Shown here: piece by piece, positions 1 through 11,900 of the stretch
Position numbering within the stretch: the first letter of the stretch is position 1
How the letters are laid out: the number at the start of each line of letters is the position of its first letter
Origin: Octopus vulgaris
Lineage: Eukaryota
Assembly: GCA_951406725.2 (NCBI GenBank)
Contig: OX597839.1
Location: 22,754,001-22,818,000 of the forward strand
Reading direction: 5' to 3'
Length of the DNA stretch: 64,000 nucleotides
Position numbers and translations under genes: made by a program
Notes under the pieces: model-generated
Database searches by the model: none
Told to the model about the DNA's origin: nothing
The model's input: only the letters and a program-made list of their open reading frames with translations

Positions 1-844
1 ACACACACATGCACACACAAACACACACACAAACATATGTATGTGTACTAGATGGTAATGATGAAATGATGGCAGAGGTGTTGTACAGAGGTATATATAT
101 ATGCGTGTATTATAAAGATATGTTTGTAAACCAGTCAAGAAAAATAAAAATAGAAAAAGAACGAAACATCCATTTGAGTTCTGCACCAATATAAAGGAAG
201 AAGATTTGGTAATTTTCTGGTTCAAAGTAAAGAAATGGAACCACCAAATCCAATTCATTAGTGCTTGGAATCTAAACCAAGTTTCTATCATAGGAATGGT
301 TTTATCTATTTGCCTGCTCCTTATTCAAATACAGAGTCATTCTTCCTTCCCGTTTTTCTGCTTTTTTATTTTTATTTTTATGTCTACCACTTTTTTTCCT
401 GTTGGTGCAGGTTGAATAGGTTATCAAATCCTTACATCTGTTGCATCTTTATGCAATTAAATGTTTCCCTTACAACCGACCAGTCTATCTTTAAGTGTAC
501 ACATGTACAGCTACGTTCGATTGGAATCGACTGACCTAAGCCATGCCTTGAGGTACAGCATAATTATATTGAATCAATCAACACGAATGCTTATCTGTAC
601 ACGTGTGCAGCATACAGATGCAGATGCACGTAGATGCAAATGTATTTCACACACATGTTCACTCACACCTTTGTACTGCATACATTTGATGGACAACAAA
701 CAACTGTGATATGTAAACGCTGAGAAAACTACCCGTAAAACTCTGTGGTGCTTCCTCTCATTCTCTTCATCTTAGTCTTTGAGACAAACAGCAAAGAAAC
801 GGAAGAGAGGAAACAGGAACTAAATAAGGAATGACTAAATTAGT

Positions 845-1249
845 AGGCGCAGGAATGGCTGTGTGGTAAGTAGCTTGCTAACCAACCACACGGTTGCAGG
901 TTCAGTCCCACTGCGTGGCATCTTGGGCAAGTGTCTTCTGCTATAGCCTCGGGCCGACCAATGCCTTGTGAGTGGATTTGGTAGACGGAAACTGAAAGAA
1001 GCCTGTCGTATATATATATATATATATGTGTGTATGTGTGTTTGTGTGTCTGTGTTTGTCCCCCTAGCATTGCTTGACAACCGATGCTGGTGTGTTTACG
1101 TCCCCGTCACTTAGCGGTTCGGCAAAAGAGACCGATAGAATAAGTACTGGGCTTACAATAGAATAAGTACTGGGCTCGACTAAAGGCAGTGCTCCAGCAT
1201 GGCCGCAGTCAAATGACTGAAACAAGTAAAAAAGAAAAAAGAAAGAAAC
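845..1249 (+). mobile_element. tRNA-derived SINE, family A (dominant ~400 bp family), full length
   Basis: Pol III A-box TGGCTGTGTGGTAAG and B-box GGTTCAGTCCC, CORE-like CTTGGGCAAGTG, internal (TA)n(TG)n, A/G-rich tail. 12 bp TSD ACTAAATTAGTA at 834-845 and 1250-1261. Confidence 0.92.
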
Positions 1250-1383
1250 ACTAAATTAGTATTTGCATATACAATGAAGAGAAAAATCACAAACCTAATT
1301 AGAAATATTTAAGTGGCGAGGCAAAGACAGCATTAGCTTGATGACTAATAATATTGCATTCATTTTTCCAGCAGGAGAGACAA

Positions 1384-1425
1384 CTCTGACCATATTTCAG
1401 TCTTATTAGACCTCTTCAGCAAGCT
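1384..1425 (-). ncRNA. degenerate minimal hammerhead ribozyme motif
   Basis: Minus strand reads CUGAAGA-GGUC-UAAUAA-GACU-GAAA-UAUG-GUC-AGAG. Core and stem II are intact, stem I is imperfect. Confidence 0.55.
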
Positions 1426-1554
1426 GAAGACTTCCCTGTAGTTCCCAAACTAGTAATAAAAGAATCAGTAAACCCTTATCTCAAAGGGAACTGACATAAA
1501 ATCTCTAAATGCATGCAAAAAGAACATTACATTAAGAAGAAATATAATATTCTA

Positions 1555-1790
1555 AGAAAAGCCATCATCACCATTAGACATCCCTGTTCCATGCTGGCAG
1601 AGGGTGGATGGTTTGAGAAGATCCAGTGGGTTTGAGGATTGCATTCTGCTCCTACATCTGATTTGGCATGGTTTCTACAGCTAGCTGTCCTTCTTGGCAC
1701 CAACCACTTTATGGTGTGTGTGCTGGTTGTTTTAGTTGATAGCACCAGCACCAGTGAGGTCACCATGCAGACTGCAAGAGTAAAATCCCC
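1555..1790 (-). mobile_element. decayed RTE-type LINE 3' end
   Basis: Diverged match to the 30915 and 53800 elements (CATCATCA..TTCCATGCTGGCA..GGTTTCTACAGCTAGCTG). Confidence 0.55.
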
Positions 1791-2048
1791 TGCAGCTGAG
1801 TGGGAAGGGAAGTGGGAAAGGGAAGCGGCTTCATTCTGGGAAATGAAGGGCTAAAGTTTGAGAGGAAGGGCCAGAACAGAACCAGTTTCTTGTTATAGAG
1901 GAGAATATGGAGGGTGAGAAAATGTCCATTTTCCATGCTGGAAACACACATTTGTATAAAAACACATAAATATAGGCATACATATACATATGTGTAGACA
2001 TGTATGTACATATATGTATGTAAATATACAAATACTTGTGTTCCGAGA

Positions 2049-2350
2049 AGTATGTGGGACGCAGTTGAGCGAGAGACCAACAAAACTCCTTGTAACACCA
2101 AAGATCAACTGAAGGCAAGGATTATGGCAGCATTCACCAATTTAAACAAGGAGACTGTCCAGAAGAGTTGCAGGAGATTCCTAAGTCGTCTGGAGGCCGT
2201 GGTTGAAGCCAATGGCAATTTTATTGAATAAATTTACTCATTAGTATTTCAAGATATTTTAATGTAATTTTGGTAAAAATATCTGTTAAAATGAGATGTC
2301 AGTTTTATTTTCATTTTGCGTCATTTAGATGACAATATATTCACCGCACC

Positions 2351-2353
<3 letters not shown>
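2049..2353 (+). mobile_element. Tc1/mariner-superfamily transposase C-terminal fragment plus right TIR
   Basis: WDAVERETNKTPCNTKDQLKARIMAAFTNLNKETVQKSCRRFLSRLEAVVEANGNFIE* resembles the Tc1/maT C-terminus. The element ends ...CACCGCACCCTG followed by TA. Confidence 0.85.
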
Positions 2354-2413
<60 letters not shown>

Positions 2414-3596
2414 AATGGATCTATAATTGGATCTGGTGATTATTAACCCACCTCTTTTATTATTTTGACACATCAATATATGTTTATAGGTAATTAACTT
2501 CTATTACTTATACAAGCATCTATAAGTCAATTAGAGTTAATTTACGTATAATTATATATTTGTGGATGATAGTTTTCCTCCTTTTATGAGAGAATTTTAT
2601 GATCTGAGAGTGTCATAGTATGTTTCCTATATTTTTATTCATTAGGATCTAATTTATAGAAATTGATTTAGTAATAATTAATTATTACCTATAGATGATG
2701 ATGACGATGATGATGATGTATTTTGCATTATTTATTGCATTTAAGATTTATGCTCGTCATCTGTAGTCAGGGTGCAAGCATTTTGTTTTATGTGTTTGCA
2801 AACAACATTAAATTACAGTTCCTAAGTCTGTTTGACACCAACAAAAATAATGAAGCTGCCTTCGTGTGTTGAAATTATAATGACTTCTGATCGGCAGAGG
2901 ATGAAGGGAATTTTCCAGCCTTGTTAAATAAGGTTTTTTAGGTGCACGTTAATGTCTCTGTTCCAGTATTTCTGTCCAGTGGGATTTCCTTCACTCACCT
3001 GGTGCCTTGGGTCCTTGACAGAATGTGTTAAAGGGACAAACATATGACTGTTATTTACAGGAACTGTTTAGTCAAAAACTACGCTTTAGGTTGGAAAGCC
3101 ATTCGAAGGCTGATGTATGTGTGTGTGTGCGGGTGGGGGTGTAGGCTTGGCTGTATGGTTAGAAAAGCTTGATCCTTAAGCAAGTGGCTTCGGGCTCAGT
3201 TCTGCTGCGTGGTCCCCTTGGGCAAGAGTTTTTACTATAACACCAGGCTGACCAAAGCCTTCTCAATGAATGTGGTAGAGGGAAACTGAAAAAAGCCCAT
3301 TGCTTATGCGTTTGTGTGCTGTGAGGGCAGATGGCTTAGTGGTTAGGGTGTTGCACTCACAACCTAGTGATCCTGATTTCAATTCTTAGTCCACTTGATG
3401 CCCAACACTTCATCTCATGCTGCTCTGTGATCACTTCGACACCTGACACATGGATAAGGGTTCATTACAGGAAGAACATCCAGCCATACGAAATATAACT
3501 CAGGCAAGCATAGAAAAGTGAACACTAAAATCATGGTATATGTGTGGTGTGTGTGTGTGTGTGTGTTTATGTATATATATGAATAATATGAATATG

Positions 3597-3629
<33 letters not shown>

Positions 3630-3870
3630 CCTTCATTATTATTCATTATTATTATTATTATTATTAAAGCTGCAAAAACATCACAGAAATATGACGTTTC
3701 CATTTGTCGGCCAGTTTAGACTGTTCGATGAATGGGTATGTGAAACTCTGAGTAGCAGATTTTTCTGATATTTCTGCAGCTTTAATAATAATAAAGCATA
3801 TTACTCTACCTTCGGTATTCGAGTACTATTTTTTCCTACCTTGTTTCACAATTAAGTGCTTACTCTGGTA
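3630..3870 (+). mobile_element. fold-back Penelope-like relic with hammerhead motif (3721-3758)
   Basis: Inverted arms ~3655-3715 and 3720-3793. CUGU-UCGAUGA-AUGGGUAUGU-GAAA-CUCUGAG-UA-GCAG. Flanked by TA microsatellite. Confidence 0.6.
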
Positions 3871-3916
3871 TATGTATATATCTATAGATGCATGCAAATG
3901 TATATATGTGTGTGTA

Positions 3917-3954
<38 letters not shown>

Positions 3955-4067
3955 CATACATACATACATACATATACACACACATTTGTATAAATACACA
4001 TAAATATAAGCATAAATATACATGTGTATGTATATATGTACATATATGTATGTATATATATAAATAC

Positions 4068-4098
<31 letters not shown>

Positions 4099-4175
4099 CA
4101 CTCACATGTGTATAGGCAGATATATGTATACATATGTATTTATATACATATTTTTGTTTATATGTTTGTGGGAGC

Positions 4176-4218
<43 letters not shown>

Positions 4219-5290
4219 ATGCATATATATACAAACGTGTCTAGACATACATACATACATATATACACACACAAGCATTTACATCTGCATACACACCCCC
4301 CCCCCTCCCCCACCACACACACACACACTCACCTACACAGTTTTCCCAATATGCTAACCCGTTTGATATTGATCCATTGATATCTCGAAGCAACTAAATA
4401 AGTTTGTTGTGCAGGGAAGGAAGTGTGCAAATCTATGGCATTCACAGCCATACTCCCCCCTCTCTCTCTCTATTTCCTACTCTCTCTCTCTCTCTCTCTC
4501 TCTCTTTCTGTCCCTATCTCTCCCATTGTCTCTTCACCCCTCCCCCGCTGGAGCCTGGGGGGGCATATACAAGCATCAGTCAATTAAATCACCTGGCATA
4601 CCTGACTACTACTTTATTTTATTGAGCCCCGGAAGGTTGATAGGCATTGTTGATCTTGCTGTGATTTGAACTCTGCACGTACAGAGCCACAACACATGCA
4701 CAGGGGAATTATACACTTGCTTGCGTATATGTGTATGTGTGTGTGAATGTGTGTGTGTGTGCGTGAATGTGTGTATGTGTATGTGTGAATGTATATATAT
4801 ATATATAAACACACATATATATGTGTTTGTGTGTGTGTATATATATATATATATACACACATATATGACAGTTTATATGTGTGTGCATGTATGTACATCT
4901 CCATTTACATTTAGATACACACACACATATATACATGCACACACACATACATACACATGCACACACACATACACATACCGGCACACACTTATATACATGC
5001 ATATACATACATGCACACACACACACATATATACACACATACATATATACACATACACACACATATGTATATGTAGAGAGAGAGGGAGAGAGAGAGAGAG
5101 AGAGAGAGAGAAAGAAAGACAAAGGGAGAAAGAGAGGGAGAGAGGAAGACAGAGACATATTCATTCATATACATTCACGCATACAGACGCACACATACAC
5201 ACACACACTTATCTATTTACACATGCATGCACATACACAAACACGCACACGTATGCACCCACCCACCCCCGCACACACATACGCCCACCC
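3870..5290. repeat. compound (TA)/(CA)/(GA)/(CT) microsatellite field
   Basis: Directly visible simple repeats, interrupted by a decayed Nin-SINE piece at ~4555-4690. Confidence 0.9.
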
Positions 5291-5862
5291 ACAGAGATTG
5301 TGCCAATCTGCTAACCAGTTCGATATTGATCCAGTTCCTATCATGAATCAACTAAATAAGTTAACAAGGAGGAGAGGGCATGTAAGGAGAGTGTTGTGGT
5401 GTGGAGAGAGAGAGAGAGAGAGAGGAAACTTTACGTGCAACATTTTACCGACCTTTCCTCTCCTCTCCCTCTCTCTCTCTCGATCTTTCTTTCTCCCATC
5501 ATCTCTGTCTCTGTCTCTCTCTCTCTCAAAAATCAAAAATACACACACGTACAGTGTAGATTTCAGAACCTGTGAACAGTAGTGATCTATCTCAGGAAAA
5601 TGCTTGTAAATACCAGTTAGAAATGTATATGGTTGAGCACTCACTAGACGCAACCCCCTCCCATGTGGCGTGGTCTGTAGTTCTAACAGCAGCAAGGAGG
5701 CTGATATTATTTCAGATCAGGGATTACAAATGAACAGAAATGAAAGAATGTGAACGATGGAGTTGGGCAACGCAAGAGAAACCTGCTACGGAAACCAAGT
5801 CTGTTAGTTCATATCATATCATATATACATGTATATACATATATACATACATACATACATAT

Positions 5863-6110
5863 ATATATTGTTGTATTTAGGAATGGTCATTTTGCCAGTT
5901 TAGCCAATAAAAACACACGCACTATATATTTGGTGTTACTTTGCTTCAGTGTTATTTATTTTTTACATTAATCTTAATCTTATTTCGGCCAGAGTTCTTT
6001 CATCACACTCCTATTGGCTAAACTGGCAAAATGACCATTCCTAAATACAACAATATCTGTTTCAACACACGACTTCACATAAAAAATCTTGCACAAAAAA
6101 TATTTAAACG

Positions 6111-6112
<2 letters not shown>
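5863..6112. mobile_element. fold-back element in (TA)n, same family as 30290-30537
   Basis: Perfect ~45 bp inverted repeat ATATTGTTGTATTTAGGAATGGTCATTTTGCCAGTTTAGCCAATA plus a unique tail. A second copy lies in opposite orientation at 30290-30537. Confidence 0.8.
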
Positions 6113-6141
<29 letters not shown>

Positions 6142-6413
6142 GTTGAAGTGAATCGAACGGTTTTTGTGTTTCTTAAATGGCTTATAAACACCTTCCACGC
6201 TGCAATTGTTTTCATTCCAGCACATGATCTCAGATCAGGTCACTTGCTATGCAAGTACATCTCCGTAATATATATAAATGTATATATGTACATGTATATA
6301 TATGCCTGCATTCAGGGAGTATAAAATGAAAATGGATTTTGTTTTACCTCTGATCGTCTCGTTGTCCACATCTTAGACTTAAAGAAGTGAGTGTAAAATA
6401 ATTTCAAAGATGA

Positions 6414-6445
6414 ACTTACCTAGAAAAAACAGAAAAAAAATCAAT
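6414..6445 (-). other. candidate recursive splice site (ratchet point)
   Basis: Minus strand TTTTTTTTCTGTTTTTTCTAG|GTAAGT: a 3' splice site immediately followed by a consensus 5' splice site, junction 6420/6419. Confidence 0.5.
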
Positions 6446-6589
6446 ATTATAGTAAAATATATTCAAATGAGATGAAGACAAAAATTTAAAAATTACAACA
6501 AAGCAATTTATTAATGACAAAACTAGATTCTTTCAAAGAACAAATATTTGCAGATCAAACATCTCTGTACTGAACCACAAAATTAAATA

Positions 6590-6822
6590 CTTGTTTCTCT
6601 ACTACCCACAAGGGGCTAAACACAGAGGGGAAAAACAAGGACAGACAAACAGATTAAGTCGATTACATCGACCCCCAGTGTGTAACTGGTACTTAATTTA
6701 TCGACCCCGAAAGGATAAAAGGCAAAGTCGACCTCGGTGGAATTTGAACTCAGAACGTAGCGGCAGACGAAATACCGCTAAGCATTTCGCCTGGCGTGCT
6801 AACGTTTCTGCCAGCTCGCTGT
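6590..6822 (-). mobile_element. Nin-domain SINE (family B), full length
   Basis: GAGGTCGACTTTGCCTTT..GGGGTCGATAAATTAAGTACCAG is Nin-like. 12 bp TSD CAAAATTAAATA at 6578-6589 and 6823-6834. Confidence 0.85.
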
Positions 6823-6937
6823 CAAAATTAAATATTGGTGTGTGTATGTGTGTGTGGTGGTGGTTTTGGATAATTTCTGTATATTATTGTCATGTAGTTC
6901 CATGGAATAGAGCATTATTAGAAGAAGCATGAATTAA

Positions 6938-7152
6938 CCCTTGAAGTCCCACTGTCCTATAAATAGGACACTAAATGAGAACCTTAAATAAGCTATATCA
7001 CATTGTCTCAGTGTCCTATTTATAGGACACCAAGTATTTCCATTTCTAAAGGAGTTTTAATAATGAATTATTTTCATTTTAACCTGTTTTCAATCATCTG
7101 TAAAAATTTAGAAGTAATATTCAGAAATTTAATTACTCTGGGACTTAATGGG
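6938..7152. mobile_element. piggyBac-type MITE
   Basis: TTAA on both sides, TIRs CCCTTGAAGTCCCA / TGGGACTTAATGGG, two internal TGTCCTATWWATAGGACA palindromes. Confidence 0.85.
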
Positions 7153-7209
7153 TTAACTCAAACTTGAAACATGAATTTCTAACAGCTATTAAGTAGACCA
7201 TCTTATGAA

Positions 7210-7279
<70 letters not shown>

Positions 7280-7476
7280 AGCTGTAATTTGCCCGAAGAC
7301 CCTATTTATGCACAGGTGAAAGTCAATAAAATCAGAGAAGGAAGAGACAGATTCAACCAAAATGAAAATACATTATCAATCTTTACTATGGGGATGTGTA
7401 TTCATTTTTGTCTCAACAATCAACATTAAATGTGTGTGTGTGTACGCGTGCACGCACACACATACACATACACATA

Positions 7477-7680
7477 CACGAGGGGATGTTGTAAAGTTCC
7501 TGGTTTTGGGCAAAAGAAAATGCAGGATGAGGACCAGTTAATTATGAATTATGATTCACACACTTATCGCAGTGGTCCTTCAGTTTTTCTAGGCCCTGTA
7601 AAGGAACTCAGAAGGTTGGGCCTCAAACCAGGCTTTTCGTGACACCCTTAAAGCCAGGAACTTTTCAGCACACACCCCCA
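7477..7680. mobile_element. mariner-type MITE (decayed)
   Basis: Preceded by TA. Imperfect TIRs GAGGGGATGTTGTAAAGTTCCTGGTTTT / AAAGCCAGGAACTTTTCAGCACACACCCC. Confidence 0.7.
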
Positions 7681-9240
7681 CACTCATGCACACACACACA
7701 GACAGTGTGTGTGTGCGTGCACTGAAGCTCCTACCAGTGTTAATTATATTTACATCACTAAAGACAATTAACTCTCCAAAAATAATTTGACTCAACCATC
7801 AGATAAATAGAGATCAATAAACTTAACATCAGAATAACAAAGTCCTGGGTTTGTTATAAACAACAATCAACAACCTTGAAAGATGGTGCTCCAGTATGGC
7901 CAACATCTGATAATGGAACCAATCAACAAGATAAGCGAACAGTAACATACACAACACCTGTAACTTTTATACAACATTACAAGAATGGATTAAAGAACTT
8001 CCAAATAAATTCTGGTTGCAAACTTTACAATGCGCTTCTTAACCTGATTATAATTATTAATTAAAATGTAGTTAAACCAAAATTAGATAGATTCCTTTTA
8101 TCGTTAGCAATTTAAGTAAACGGCAACAGCACCACCCAAGAACTCTTTGTCACTGCTCCACTGCATCTTTGTAAACAATTTAAACGAATTAAATTAATAG
8201 ATGGATGTATTACAATGGTAGCACCTGGCTAAGGTGCAGACTGGTTTGGCTTTGAATTTTATTTTCAGTTAAAATGCAAACTACACAACAAACACAATTG
8301 CCATCACAATCATCATCATCATCGTTCATTGTGGCTTCTACGTCTCTTTTAGATTTTGTGAAAAGGGAAGAAAAAAAAAACATTAAACAGGAATAAACAA
8401 ACAGAAACTGCAGGACTTAAAGTTGCTGTTGTTGTTGTTGTTGTGTTCAATGGTTGAACTTTAATGGAAGATTTCTGATATGAGAAACGTTTTCAGCCAA
8501 TTTTTGGCAAACGCTGTGGCATCGACAGAGAGTGTTTGGCAAAACAGTTTGAAAATGGGAATTTGAGAAATTTGAGTTAATAATAAAATTGAGCTCCATT
8601 GTTGGTAATTAGTCACATGAGGTTAACGAGGAGATACGTATAGTAGTTGTTTACGTGAAAGGTTGACGGTGGAATGGTGGCGGCGGCGGCGGTGGTGGTG
8701 ATGGTGGTGGGTGAGGATGAGTGAAAGGGAGGGGGTGGAGGAGGGAGGGAGGGGGAAGGCGAAGTGTGGAATGGAACGTTTGAAAGACGGAAAATAAATA
8801 ACAAGAAATCAATAACTGGTGGTGGGAGTGGGGTGGGGTGGTTGGGCGTCGGCAGTGTTGAAAGTAAGAGTGATGGAATGTGAAAATTGCTAGCTCTGTT
8901 CATGCACATGCATGCGTGCATGCGTCTGTGTGCATGTATGTATGTATGCATGCATATACTGTGCACAGTTGTTGCATCTTCAGATATACGCAGACTACGG
9001 GTTAAATATACATACCTACATATACATATATATATACCTGTATATACATATATACATGTAGGTATGAATAGGAATGCTTATAAAACATACCTGTGCATAT
9101 AATGGTGCATATAATGTGCAGTTATAATTTTGCATATGTTCTCAATATTGTTTCAAATTTTGGTAGAAGGCCAGCAAGTTCAGGAGAGGGCTAAGTTGGT
9201 TACATTGACCCCAGTGTATGACTGGTACTTATTTTATTGA

Positions 9241-9397
9241 GTTCAAATTCCGCCGAGGTCGACTTTGCCTTTCATCCTTTCGGGGTCGATAAATTAAGTA
9301 CCAGTTATGCACTGGGGTCGATGTAATCGACTTAATACCTATGTCTGTCCTTGTTTGTCCCTTCTATGTTTAGCCCCTTGTGGGTAATAAAGAAATA
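9241..9397 (+). mobile_element. 5'-truncated Nin-SINE nested in an older, oppositely oriented Nin-SINE (~9150-9490)
   Basis: 17 bp TSD GGTACTTATTTTATTGA at 9224-9240 and 9398-9414. Confidence 0.85.
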
Positions 9398-10094
9398 GGT
9401 ACTTATTTTATTGACCTTGAAAGGCCAGATGAAATGCCGCTAAGACTTTTGCCTGGCATGCTAACCATTCTGCTAAGCTTGCTGCCTTAATTTGTCTAAA
9501 TATTAATATCATGTAGACTGCAATTATTCATTAATTATTTTTTTTTTAATCTCTGGATTAATTTTATGGATGATGAGGGGGACTTTGGACATTAACATAA
9601 TTGAACTCGTATATTGGAATCCTCTACGGAGGTGAAGAATATGCTGCTGTTGTTAGCTGGAATCCAGCCACAGAACTTTGGCAACACAGGGTTGTTTTAG
9701 CTGAAGAAATTAACCCAGTTGACGGTCAAAGGTTAACAAAGTGTTGTAATGAATGGACAGAGAAATAGATCTCTGCTGAAAGATGCTGAGTTGCAGGGAC
9801 GTATATTCTGGGGTGTGCACCCCCCCCCCCCCCATTGAAAATGGCAAATTCTTAATGGAAAACTTTTGTTATACCCCTGCTTGGAATTTGGTGGCATTGG
9901 ATGTGGCAGCACATCCAGGACAACAACCACCAAATGCCACTGCTGAGTCACTGATTCTTGACACTCTGTGGAACACATTGGACACAATTCTTAAATCGAA
10001 AATGGTTCCTGAGATTAAGATTTTAAATGCATCGAATAAGATTATTTTGTTTCTAGAAACAAATCTTTCGAAAATGAGTGTTTATTTACTTGTG

Positions 10095-10476
10095 TATTTA
10101 TCAATCCTGTCCATGAAGATTATGAACAGGAGGGGTGACAGTATGTAGCCTTTGTGGAGTCCGGCACCCATGGAGATGAGAAAGGCACTTAAGAAAGAGC
10201 CAGTGCTCCTCAGAATTGAGAGATCATAGCTCTGGTACTACAGACAAGTGGAAAGGATGTCTGAGGAAAGATTCACTGGGTGGGAGACCAAGGGTAGACC
10301 ACGAACCAGATGGTCGGATAACACCCATGAGCTTGGTTGGGTTCACTTGGGGGATCAATTTGGATCAACTGGAGATGGATGCTTCTGATGGGACTTAATA
10401 AAAGCTCAAGGACTCTGCCCTCCATGACCACCACCTCCAATAGGAATAAGTGGGTGAGAAAGATGAGATGAGATGT
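10095..10476. mobile_element. decayed RTE/Expander-like LINE fragment with internal inversion
   Basis: Minus strand ~10100-10170 encodes GLHKGYILSPLLFIIFMDRI (RT QG..LSP.LF motif). Plus strand ~10280-10400 encodes a frameshifted GRPRTRWSDNTHELGWVHLGI..LE C-terminus, then a (GATGA)n tail. Confidence 0.7.
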
Positions 10477-11111
10477 CCATGTATGTGCAAGAAGTGACCC
10501 CTAACATATCCACAAGGGAAGAAATCAGAGCTAATTCAAACCAATGGTCATTCATCAATTTGAAGGCAACAGGGGACAAAGAGATATAAAAGGAAGGGAT
10601 AGGCATGAGTTGTGGTTGAAGCTGAGGTCAGTCCTGATTGAGAAGACTTATGATTAAAGGCATTCCTACCATGACCATTCCATTATTTATATTGTTTTTA
10701 ACTAGGCATAGTATACCTTGGACTATGTTATCCAATGTGTTTATCTTTTACTGGTTTCAGTTACTGAACTGTGGCCATGCTGGGGCACTGGTTTATAGCT
10801 GAACAAATTGACCCCAGAACCCATTTTGTTTTTTTAACTTATTCTTTCAGTCTCTTTTGCTGAACTGCTAAGTTATGGGGAAGTAAACAAACCAACACCA
10901 GTTGTCAAGCGGTGGGAGGGGATGGAGACAAACATAAAGACATACACATACACACATATACACACACATGTGCACTTACACACACACACACACACACACA
11001 CATGGAGCTTGTTAACTGGAGATTTTATATAAACATTTGACGTGCTAGAAATAGCAGCCAGATCTACTTCAAACAATGGTCTCCGCCATCTTTGCAAAAA
11101 AAGAAGCAAAG

Positions 11112-11247
11112 CACAGGTGTGGCTGTGTGGTCAGGTGTCTGCTTCCCAATTGCTTTTTTACCTCAGCCTTGGACTGACCGAAGCTTTGTTGTGAGTGGAT
11201 GTGGTCAACGGAAACTGAAAGAAGACTGTCATCTAGCTACCAGCCCA

Positions 11248-11279
<32 letters not shown>

Positions 11280-11531
11280 TCTGTCCATCAGTCTATCTGT
11301 CTGTCTGTTTGTGTCTATCTACCTGTTTTTATTCATCAATCTCTCTCTCTCTATTTATCTATCTCTATATATCTATCTGTCTGTCTATGTCTGTCAGTCT
11401 ATCTATCTATCTACACATCTATCTATCTATCTATCTGTCCATCAGTCTATCTATCTGTCTGTCTGTTTGTGTCTATCTACCTGTCTTTATCAATCTCTTT
11501 CTCTATCTATCTATCTCTGTATATCTATCTG

Positions 11532-11580
<49 letters not shown>

Positions 11581-11597
11581 GTCTCTCTGTCTCTCTG

Positions 11598-11634
<37 letters not shown>

Positions 11635-11900
11635 TTATCTGTCTTTAGCTATCAATCTGTCTGTCTGTCTATCTATCTATCTGTGTGTGTGTGTGTGTGT
11701 GTGTGCATTTGTGTCCCATCACATGACACCTGGGTCTGTCTCCATCTCCGTAAGTTAGCAATTCAGCAAAATGAGACTGACAGAATAACCACCAGACTTT
11801 TTGATTAAAAAAAAAGTACTGGGATCACCAGTTTGTTTGACTAAACCCCTGCAAAGCAGTGGCCCCTGAATGGCTGCAGTCTAAGGATTGATGTGAAACT
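11112..11900 (+). mobile_element. old family-A SINE with internal microsatellite expanded to ~450 bp (TCTA/TCTG)n
   Basis: Head 11112-11230, tail 11700-11900, tetranucleotide array between them. Confidence 0.7.

Noticed and set aside
835-1080. Recurring ORFs such as MSSNARGTNTDTQ.. and ..EDTCPRCHAVGLN..
   Set aside because: Antisense readings of family-A SINE copies, not a gene family.
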